DNA of 64,000 bases, from positions 71,097 through 135,096 of the forward strand of contig CALJHE010000005.1 of NCBI GenBank assembly GCA_938075675.1. The letters are read 5' to 3'. Below are positions 47,356-55,187 of this stretch, piece by piece. Position 1 is the stretch's first letter, and each line of letters starts with the position of its first letter. The stretch is from Candidatus Poseidoniaceae archaeon (GTDB taxonomy: Archaea; Thermoplasmatota; Poseidoniia; Poseidoniales; Poseidoniaceae). The notes under the pieces are model-generated. The model had not been told where the DNA came from and ran no database searches. It saw nothing but the letters and a program-made list of their open reading frames with translations. Position numbers and translations under genes: made by a program.

Positions 47356-48234
47356 ATGACTGGAGAGGAAGTGCTCTATTTTGGATACGGGTCCAATTTG
47401 GATTTGTCCGACTGGAAGAGTTGGTGCGAACGCAAACACCTACCATACGATGGTTTAGTCGAGATGTGCCCGTGCTGGTTGCCGAATTATACCATGAAAT
47501 TTCATTATTTCTCGAGAAGCAGAGAAGGGGGTGCTGCAGATATTGTCGAAAACGGTAGAGGACACGCAGTTCCGGGTGTACTGTTCTCAATGAACGAAGA
47601 TGCTTTAGCCGCAATGGACCAAAAAGAAGGCACTCAAGCAGGCGTTTACGCCCGTCGTACTGTTAACGTCGCTCTTCCAAATGGAACCTTCGTCGAAGCA
47701 CTGACCTACTGCGTCACCTCACAGCGGCGAGAAGACAGATTCATTCAACCTACAAAGCACTACATTGGTCTGATTGAAAATGGGTTAAAAAGTCGAAGAC
47801 TTCCAATTGGAGAATTGAAAAATGCTATTGAAGATTTCTCACCAAGTTTCCCCCTCGAAAAGATATTTGTCTATGGGACATTGATGGAAGGAGAGATTCG
47901 TTCATCGACGACCAAACAGTTGTGCAACGGTGAAGCACGCTCAGCGAGTGTAAAGGGTGATCTTGTCGATTTAGGGGCATTTCCAGGCTTGATTGCGGGC
48001 GATGGAACTGTCAAAGGTGAACTGTATCACCTCGACCAGGTTTATTCTGCACTGCAAACGCTCGATAGTATTGAGGGATTTTACGGCTACGGTTCTGATG
48101 ATTCGCTCTATACTCGCACGATTGTAGAAGTACAAACTGATGATGGTTCAGAGTGGGCTTGGACCTATATGTACAATGAACAGAACGGTAGTTTGAATCC
48201 GAAGATTGATTCTGGCGACTGGCGTGTTCGCTAA
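47356..48234 (+). CDS. Tandem gamma-glutamylcyclotransferase / AIG2-like domain protein
   Basis: Two repeats, each starting with the GGCT-fold hallmark: VLYFGYGSNLDLSDW and IFVYGTLMEGEIRSS. 292 aa. Confidence 0.45.
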   Translation: MTGEEVLYFGYGSNLDLSDWKSWCERKHLPYDGLVEMCPCWLPNYTMKFHYFSRSREGGAADIVENGRGHAVPGVLFSMNEDALAAMDQKEGTQAGVYARRTVNVALPNGTFVEALTYCVTSQRREDRFIQPTKHYIGLIENGLKSRRLPIGELKNAIEDFSPSFPLEKIFVYGTLMEGEIRSSTTKQLCNGEARSASVKGDLVDLGAFPGLIAGDGTVKGELYHLDQVYSALQTLDSIEGFYGYGSDDSLYTRTIVEVQTDDGSEWAWTYMYNEQNGSLNPKIDSGDWRVR

Positions 48235-48701
48235 TCTTCTTCCTCAGTCATTGCCAACAGAACTGAGCCTTGTTGAACTTGGTCACCTGCGGAGAAATAG
48301 ACATCGGTGATGGTACCGGTTGCTGAAGCGAGAATCCTATGCTCCATTTTCATTGCCTCGAGGACCATGAGCGTCTGACCGGATTCAACGGATTGCCCTT
48401 CTTCGACCAATACATCGAGGACTTTTCCAGGCATCGGAGCAGTTAATCCACCATCGTTTCCACCTTGGGTTGCTCCGGGTTCAATGCGCTCAAGGTTGAA
48501 AGTGTGACCTTGGAAATGAACCCACCAGTTGTCGTCTACTTTAGCGACCGTAGCATAACCGGATACACCGTTAGCAAGATGGATTCGAATACGTCCATCG
48601 CGTTCAAGAACGGCTTTATGTTCGCCAAGAATCCAGTCGTCGCCTTGTTTTGCAACCGTAACATCGACTGGCCCATCAGGACTGTTGAACTGATGGTCCA
48701 T
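48231..48701 (-). CDS. Biotin carboxyl carrier (biotinyl/lipoyl) domain protein; C-terminal part of an acyl-CoA carboxylase alpha subunit
   Basis: The biotinylation motif EAMKMEH within a hybrid-barrel sequence. The ATG overlaps the upstream biotin carboxylase stop in a TGATG arrangement. Confidence 0.7.
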   Translation of the reverse strand: MDHQFNSPDGPVDVTVAKQGDDWILGEHKAVLERDGRIRIHLANGVSGYATVAKVDDNWWVHFQGHTFNLERIEPGATQGGNDGGLTAPMPGKVLDVLVEEGQSVESGQTLMVLEAMKMEHRILASATGTITDVYFSAGDQVQQGSVLLAMTEEED

Positions 48702-50224
48702 CAGGGATACCTCCTGTTGAGAGTCGCGAAGGGGCTGGTAGGTCCTGATGGGTCGTCAGAACGGCTTGAAGGCGTTGAACGAAGACGGTGTAAACCTGCG
48801 CTCTCGCCAACGGCTGCTGCCATGAAGGCTGCATCTTCAATGTGGACAGGAACGGATGGCGACCATCCATCAGGCCATAATCGGTCAATCATGGTGGTAT
48901 CTGTCGTGCCTTCTATCACATCCGGCACATCACATAATTCGCGTAGGAAACGTAGATTCGTCGTCGTTCCAAGAACAACGAATTCTTCTAATGAGCGCCG
49001 CATCCGTTGCAGTGCCTCTTCACGGGAAGGAGCCCACACGATCAGTTTGGCCAACATCGGGTCGTAATTTGGAGTGACTTCATCTCCTTGACGTACACCG
49101 GTATCCAGCCGAATACCCGGGCCTTCGGGAGGAATGAAAACTGCAAGTGGACCAATTGCCGGTAGGAAATTGTTTGAAGCGTCTTCAGCATACAATCGAA
49201 CCTCGATTGCATGACCTCGAATGTTCAGTTCACCGCACGACATAGGTTCTCCAGCAGCAATGCGGAGTTGTTCTCGAACGATATCCACGCCCGTTACCAG
49301 TTCAGTAACTGGATGTTCGACTTGAATTCGAGTGTTCATTTCCAAAAAGAAGAACTCTCCGTTCGGTGCCAGAAGGAATTCAACAGTTCCAGCACCCTCA
49401 TAATTGACGGCCATTGCAGCAGCAACAGCCGCTTTGCCCATTGCAGCTCGGATTTCTTCGGTCATGGTGGCGCATGGTGCTTCTTCGAAGACCTTCTGAT
49501 GACGGCGCTGAACACTGCATTCACGCTCACCGAGGTGAATTGTTCGTCCATGCCGGTCTGCGAGAACTTGGATTTCAACGTGCTTTGAGCCTGTCAAGAG
49601 TCGTTCAAGGTAAACTCGCCCATCTCCAAAGGCAGCGAGGGCTTCTCGACGAGCACTCCGTGCTGCGTCAAGCAACTCTTCGGGATGTTCAACAGCACGC
49701 ATTCCCTTTCCACCACCGCCCGAAGATGCTTTGAGAAGGAGAGGATAACCGACTCGAGTGCTCGCTTGTTGAATAGCTATCAGAGCCTCTTCTTCATCGG
49801 TTGATTCGATTTCTTCTCCGGGAATGACGGGAACTCCTGCGTCACGCATTGTGATACGAGCGGTCATTTTATCGCCCATTTTCTCAATTGCGTTGGCGCT
49901 TGGACCGACCCATTGTATGCCTGCAGCTGTTACTGCACGAGCGAAATCAGCCCGTTCAGAAAGAAAACCAAAACCAGGGTGAATGGCATCAGCACCTGTT
50001 TCACCCGCAATCATCAAGATTTGGTTCTGGTCAAGATAAGTTTCTGCAATCGTGTCTCCGTGCAACATTACCGATTCATCGGCAAGTTCGACAAAGAGAG
50101 AAGTCGCATCGTTTTCAGCATAGATTGCAACGCTCTCAAGACCCGCCTCAGAGCAAGCACGGAGAATTCGACAAGCGATTTCTCCCCGATTAGCAACCAA
50201 GACTTTGCTGACCATTACGTTCAC
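48701..50224 (-). CDS. Biotin carboxylase domain protein (alpha subunit of a methylcrotonyl-/propionyl-CoA carboxylase-type enzyme)
   Basis: KVLVANRGEIACRILRA...HPGFGFLSE...ATP-grasp. 507 aa. GTG start at 50224, directly after the enoyl-CoA hydratase stop. Confidence 0.8.
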   Translation of the reverse strand: MNVMVSKVLVANRGEIACRILRACSEAGLESVAIYAENDATSLFVELADESVMLHGDTIAETYLDQNQILMIAGETGADAIHPGFGFLSERADFARAVTAAGIQWVGPSANAIEKMGDKMTARITMRDAGVPVIPGEEIESTDEEEALIAIQQASTRVGYPLLLKASSGGGGKGMRAVEHPEELLDAARSARREALAAFGDGRVYLERLLTGSKHVEIQVLADRHGRTIHLGERECSVQRRHQKVFEEAPCATMTEEIRAAMGKAAVAAAMAVNYEGAGTVEFLLAPNGEFFFLEMNTRIQVEHPVTELVTGVDIVREQLRIAAGEPMSCGELNIRGHAIEVRLYAEDASNNFLPAIGPLAVFIPPEGPGIRLDTGVRQGDEVTPNYDPMLAKLIVWAPSREEALQRMRRSLEEFVVLGTTTNLRFLRELCDVPDVIEGTTDTTMIDRLWPDGWSPSVPVHIEDAAFMAAAVGESAGLHRLRSTPSSRSDDPSGPTSPFATLNRRYP

Positions 50225-51082
50225 TCATTCCTTCTTCCAATTCGCTGCTCGCTTATCGAGGAAAGAGGAAAGGCCTTCTTGTCCTTCACTTGAACCTCGC
50301 ATGCGGCTGGTAAAATCGAGTGTGTATTCACGGAGTTCTTCGTCAGTACCGTTCCAACGGTCGAACTGGAGAGTGAGTTCTTTGGCAAGCGTCACGGCTT
50401 GCGGGCCTGTGGTAAGTACCTCATCAATAAGGAGGTCAACGGCCTGTGAAAGATCGTCAACACCATCGACCACTGCTTCGATAAAACCGGTACGAAGCGC
50501 TTCCTCTGAACCAATACGGCTGGCTTGCATTGCAAGTCTCCTAAAACATGCTGAACCTAAACGTCGGTACACATAGGGCCCAATTACAGCAGGGAGAATA
50601 CCCAATTTACCCTCCGAAAGAGCGATCTTAACATTTGAAGTTGCAATGACGTGGTCCAAACAAGCCACAAGTCCAGCACCTCCGCCAAGTGCCACGCCTT
50701 GAATTGCGCCTACAGTAAAACACGGGTGTGCCCAAAGCCCATTGAAAAGACGGTCCAACCGTTCTGAGTCAATTCGATTCTCTTCGGGAGTGTTTGCGCC
50801 TGCATCTCGCATCATGTTGATGTCAGCACCTGCACAGAAATGACGGCCAGCACCCGAAAGCACGAGCGTACGTAGGTAAGGAGTTCCATTGGCGTCTGCA
50901 AGCGTTCCTTGCGTGCCAACACTGCGCTCTGAGGTCCAATCGAACAGCGTACAGAGTTCAGTAATCATTTGAATATTCAAAGCATTGAATTTGTCTTCCC
51001 GGTCCAATTTGATGTGGCATCCTGAATCTTCGATGACAATTGATACAAGTTCGGTTGAAGGTGGTGTATCCATGAGCGTCAT
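50225..51082 (-). CDS. Enoyl-CoA hydratase / crotonase family (methylglutaconyl-CoA hydratase-like)
   Basis: LVLSGAGRHFCAGADI oxyanion-hole motif. 285 aa. Confidence 0.7.
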   Translation of the reverse strand: MTLMDTPPSTELVSIVIEDSGCHIKLDREDKFNALNIQMITELCTLFDWTSERSVGTQGTLADANGTPYLRTLVLSGAGRHFCAGADINMMRDAGANTPEENRIDSERLDRLFNGLWAHPCFTVGAIQGVALGGGAGLVACLDHVIATSNVKIALSEGKLGILPAVIGPYVYRRLGSACFRRLAMQASRIGSEEALRTGFIEAVVDGVDDLSQAVDLLIDEVLTTGPQAVTLAKELTLQFDRWNGTDEELREYTLDFTSRMRGSSEGQEGLSSFLDKRAANWKKE

Positions 51083-51106
51083 CTAAAAAACTCCAATTGC
51101 ATTTTT

Positions 51107-51118
51107 AATTTATAAATT
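51107..51118. promoter_or_regulatory. Perfect AT palindrome AATTTATAAATT in a 43-nt AT-rich gap inside the carboxylase operon; possible internal TATA/BRE element
   Basis: Seen in the sequence. This is the only AT-rich gap within 48231..52742. Confidence 0.3.
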
Positions 51119-51125
51119 GATTTAT

Positions 51126-52742
51126 TCACATCCGGAAAACACCGAATCGGTCGTCAGGTAGTGGGGCATTCCGAGCAGCGGCGAGGCACAACCCGAGAAC
51201 ATCTCTCGTGTCCCTTGGGTCGATGATGCCATCGTCCCATAATCGAGCAGTCGAATAATAGGGGCTGCCTTCAGTCTCGTATTTTTCCAAGAACGGCGCC
51301 CTGAACGCTTCGAGTTCTTCGCCAACCATCGCAGCAAGTCCTTCTCGTGCGCGTTGATCTTGTTTGACTGTGGCAAGAACATCGGCGGCTTGTGGACCAC
51401 CCATAACTGAAATACGGCTGTTGGGCCACATGAAAAGGAATCGCGGGTCAAAAGCACGTCCACACATACCGTAATTGCCCGCTCCATGAGAGCCGCCAAT
51501 GATGACAGTAAACTTGGGTACATTAACGCATGAAACTGCCGTGACTAACTTAGCGCCATCCTTTGCAATTCCACCTGCTTCGTAGTCCTTGCCTACCATG
51601 AAACCGGTAATGTTCTGCAAGAATACGAGAGGAATTCCTCGCTGCCCACACAGTTCAACGAAGTGTGCCCCCTTGAGTGATGATTCAGAAAACAAAATGC
51701 CGTTGTTTGCAACAATACCGACCTTATGGCCGTGAATGTGAGCAAAACCGCAAACCAATGTTGTTCCGTATCGTGATTTGAATTCATGGAAGCGAGAACC
51801 GTCGACAACACGAGCGATAATCTCCATGATGTCAACTGGCGTTCTGTTGTCGCTGGGTACAAGGCCGAGCAAATCATCGACATCGTGAGCTGGCTCTTCC
51901 ACTGGAGCGCTCGCCACGGGTGCAAGCGTTCGTGGGCCGAGGTTTTCGACGACGTTACGAACCATACGCAACGCTTCAGGCTCGTCTTCAGCGAAATGGT
52001 CTGCAACACCGGATTGAGAGGTGTGTACATCTGCACCGCCGAGCTCTCCCGCAGTTACTTCCTCACCGGTAGCTGCTTTGACAAGCGGCGGACCTGCAAG
52101 GAAAATAGTACCGTTGCCCTTGACAATGATTGATTCATCACTCATTGCAGGTACATATGCGCCGCCAGCGGTGCATGAGCCGAGGACTGCTGCAACTTGT
52201 GGAATCTTGTCTCCGGACATTCGAGCCTGATTGCGGAAGATTCGGCCAAAGTGCCCGATGTCAGGAAACACTTCATCCTGCATTGGCAAGAAAGCACCAC
52301 CAGAGTCAACTAAGTAGATACATGGGAGATGGTTTTCATGAGCCACAGTTTGTGCCCGAATGTGCTTTTTGACCGTCATTGGATAGTATGAACCGCCTTT
52401 GACCGTTGCATCATTGGCAACGAAAAGACACTCTCGTCCATGAACCATGCCAATGCCGGTCACAATTCCTGCTGAGTGCGCCTTTCCATCGTACAGGTCG
52501 AACGCTGCCAGTGGAGACAATTCAAGGAATGCAGTTCCAGGGTCAATGATTCGTTCAATACGTTCCCTCGCAAGCATCTTGTCACGGCTGCGGTGACGTT
52601 CGACGTACTTACCGCCGCCACCGTTTGATGCAACAGCAAGTCGCTCCTGCAGCGTTTCAATGAGAGACAAATTGAACGCTTTCCGCTCACCAAACTCCGG
52701 GTCACTTCGATTCACACGGGTAGGTAATCGGTCCATCTTCAC
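51126..52742 (-). CDS. Acyl-CoA carboxylase carboxyltransferase (beta) subunit (PccB/MccB family)
   Basis: Two crotonase-like carboxyltransferase halves. Typical length of 538 aa and motifs (GGAY.P, GG.HGAG). Confidence 0.75.
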   Translation of the reverse strand: MKMDRLPTRVNRSDPEFGERKAFNLSLIETLQERLAVASNGGGGKYVERHRSRDKMLARERIERIIDPGTAFLELSPLAAFDLYDGKAHSAGIVTGIGMVHGRECLFVANDATVKGGSYYPMTVKKHIRAQTVAHENHLPCIYLVDSGGAFLPMQDEVFPDIGHFGRIFRNQARMSGDKIPQVAAVLGSCTAGGAYVPAMSDESIIVKGNGTIFLAGPPLVKAATGEEVTAGELGGADVHTSQSGVADHFAEDEPEALRMVRNVVENLGPRTLAPVASAPVEEPAHDVDDLLGLVPSDNRTPVDIMEIIARVVDGSRFHEFKSRYGTTLVCGFAHIHGHKVGIVANNGILFSESSLKGAHFVELCGQRGIPLVFLQNITGFMVGKDYEAGGIAKDGAKLVTAVSCVNVPKFTVIIGGSHGAGNYGMCGRAFDPRFLFMWPNSRISVMGGPQAADVLATVKQDQRAREGLAAMVGEELEAFRAPFLEKYETEGSPYYSTARLWDDGIIDPRDTRDVLGLCLAAARNAPLPDDRFGVFRM

Positions 52743-52810
52743 CCCTCAAACCAAGGGAGGTGGATGCCGTCTTTAACACTACTACAACCAATGTATCGGA
52801 TGCTTGGGCA

Positions 52811-54208
52811 TCAAACGCCCAGCATTAGGCGTCCAATGTCTCGCAAACCGGGCGCTAATCCAACAATGAGTACGGCCAAAACAATGAGAATTCTGATGTG
52901 CCTTTGCCGAGTCTCGACCTTCATTTCGATGAACATCATGGTGATTGCAGCGATGAGGCCTGCCTTAATGAGAACGAATAACCAAGCCCCTTCTCCAAAA
53001 TTGATTCCAAGCATGTTGTTGATTTCTCCACCGTAAACAATCACTTGATTGCTAACCACGTGTTTCTCGCCGTATCCAAAGAAATCGATTCCAACCATGG
53101 TTGCAAAACCATCGCACAGTTGCCCGTAGACCATTGCCAACACCATCGGGCTGGCGAGTAAAGCACGCCGAGAAAGCATTTCAACAGGGTGATTGTCGAT
53201 TTCCTCCCCAGCGGACTCCCACGATTTAATACGAATACCATCGGGTAAAACACCAGCTTCATAGCCTGTAAGTTTCATTTGAAGAGCGTCGTCTCGACCC
53301 ATGCGGTACATCGCATAGCATACCAAACCAGGAATGCCGAGAACGACAAACAAAGGCCACCACTCAATCGATTCGGAAACTCGAGAACTTTCTTGTGCCC
53401 ATGGGGTAGAAAGAAACTGAAACCAGTGAAAGAGACCAAGCGTACTGGCTGCACTTCCGAAAGAAAGTAGCCCGCGAGTCATTGCCGGCCATCCACGGGT
53501 ATTGATAAGCACTGAAAACAGCACTGCATATGAAGCGAATACACCAAGCCAAACCCACAGCATACCCATCGATTCATGGTCTGAATAAGCAGGTTGGTAC
53601 AGGAAACTCCAGTGGAAAAACAAGCCTAAGGAGAGGAGAGGAATCAATGAACGACGCATCTTGTTTTCCGACTTGTCGTTGTGGTCATTTTCCCATTGTG
53701 AAGCCACGTAGTGTGAAATCCCGGCGACAATTACCAACCAGGCCGCCAAATGCAGGTGGATAATTGGAGAAATAAACAACCAGTCCATGTCGGAATTAAA
53801 GAAATCAGCATCCTCAAGAACACGCAAAACTGGAGCAAGACAAACCCATGCAAGTAAAGCAATGAGCATCCGGTCATCGGCTGGAACCTTGATTTTTCGG
53901 AAAATGGCTTGTAGAACTACCACGCTCGCAAGCATGCTGAATGTGTAAAGAAGTGTGTTCATTGGGTTGTAATCTGCATCACCAGCCGAACCTGCGTCCT
54001 CAACGATTGGATCCCAGACTACGGGTTTGAGGCCGTCGGTCCAGATAACATCGTTCGCCACAAAAAAACCAACAAACACCGCTCCAAAGGTCAACATTGC
54101 AAGCCATAGCGCTGCTTTCTCAAGAGGTGAATACTCTTCACATGGAAGTGCAGGATTATCGCCAATGAGTTGTTCTTCAAGTTGTTCAAGACTTGACATG
54201 GCTATCAC
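52811..54208 (-). CDS. Polytopic integral membrane protein of unknown function, about 10-12 TM
   Basis: 465 aa and highly hydrophobic. No catalytic motif recognised. Confidence 0.4.
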   Translation of the reverse strand: MIAMSSLEQLEEQLIGDNPALPCEEYSPLEKAALWLAMLTFGAVFVGFFVANDVIWTDGLKPVVWDPIVEDAGSAGDADYNPMNTLLYTFSMLASVVVLQAIFRKIKVPADDRMLIALLAWVCLAPVLRVLEDADFFNSDMDWLFISPIIHLHLAAWLVIVAGISHYVASQWENDHNDKSENKMRRSLIPLLSLGLFFHWSFLYQPAYSDHESMGMLWVWLGVFASYAVLFSVLINTRGWPAMTRGLLSFGSAASTLGLFHWFQFLSTPWAQESSRVSESIEWWPLFVVLGIPGLVCYAMYRMGRDDALQMKLTGYEAGVLPDGIRIKSWESAGEEIDNHPVEMLSRRALLASPMVLAMVYGQLCDGFATMVGIDFFGYGEKHVVSNQVIVYGGEINNMLGINFGEGAWLFVLIKAGLIAAITMMFIEMKVETRQRHIRILIVLAVLIVGLAPGLRDIGRLMLGV

Positions 54209-54277
54209 TGTTCACGCCTGTAGGCTCTCATCAATATCCTTTCGGGACGGTTGACTGGGAATTGTCCGATAGTGAGT

Positions 54278-55117
54278 TCACTCTTCTTCTTCGGAAAGAC
54301 GAGCGATTAGATCTGCTTTCTTGCCGCCAACTGGAAGGCCGGCTGCCTTGCATCGCTCTTTGAGTTCAGCAACGGAGAGTGAGGAAAGGTCTTCGCCTTC
54401 GTCTTGTGTTTCTTCTTCGTCGTCGTTTTCAACCCCGAATCCACGAGGCTCATGAACTTCGATGAAGGAAACCTTACCGCATTCAACTGCGTCTCGGATT
54501 GTGGTTACCAATCGGAACTTGAGCATGGCTGCGTTGGTATCGAAAAGCATGGTTTGTGGAAGAACAATTGAGAGGTCATCGCCAGAGAAACTGACTTCGA
54601 AACCTGAATGTCCAGTGTTTGCTTGCAGAAGAGCAGTGACTTGGTCTTCCTTTCCTTCGACAACATCAACGACGTTGAACGAGTACTTGAGGGACTTTCC
54701 AGCCATTGGATGGTTGTAGTCGATACGAGCTCGACCTGCTGCGAGGTAGGAAAGTTGGCCTTGGCGGCCGTTGATGGTCACTGGTGCTCCAATGTAGAGT
54801 GAGTTTGGGTCTTGTACTGCACGGATGAGTTTGTCAATACTGATGGTTTCGATTTGTTCTGCGTCCTTCTCACCGTATGCGTCTACAGGTGCGATTACGA
54901 CTTCAGTTTCCTTACCCTTCTTTGCTCCAGCAAGTGCTTCTTCAAATCCAGGAATAAGTTGTCCTCCGCCAACGATGCAAACCATTGGTTCGTAGGAACG
55001 GTTCTCTTGATGAGCATCGTGCTCTTTTGCGACTGCTTCTCGGGTGGTCTCGATGAGATCGCCTGTTTCATTGTTGTAGAGTTCATAATCAACGTGGACA
55101 ATAGTTCCGTCTTCCAT
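54278..55117 (-). CDS. FKBP-type peptidyl-prolyl cis-trans isomerase (SlyD-like, with IF insertion) fused to an acidic linker and a C-terminal SAP DNA-binding motif
   Basis: MEDGTIVHVDYELYNNETGDLIETT...VCIVGGGQLIPGFEEALAGAKKGKETEVVIAPVDAYGE. The C-terminal sequence LSVAELKERCKAAGLPVGGKKADLIARL is the SAP motif. ATG at 55117. Confidence 0.65.
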   Translation of the reverse strand: MEDGTIVHVDYELYNNETGDLIETTREAVAKEHDAHQENRSYEPMVCIVGGGQLIPGFEEALAGAKKGKETEVVIAPVDAYGEKDAEQIETISIDKLIRAVQDPNSLYIGAPVTINGRQGQLSYLAAGRARIDYNHPMAGKSLKYSFNVVDVVEGKEDQVTALLQANTGHSGFEVSFSGDDLSIVLPQTMLFDTNAAMLKFRLVTTIRDAVECGKVSFIEVHEPRGFGVENDDEEETQDEGEDLSSLSVAELKERCKAAGLPVGGKKADLIARLSEEEE

Positions 55118-55187
55118 GGTATTACCTCCCTTTCGGGTAGTCCGGCGACCGTCGCCCCCTTGATAATTGCATTGGCGGGAGTGTTGT

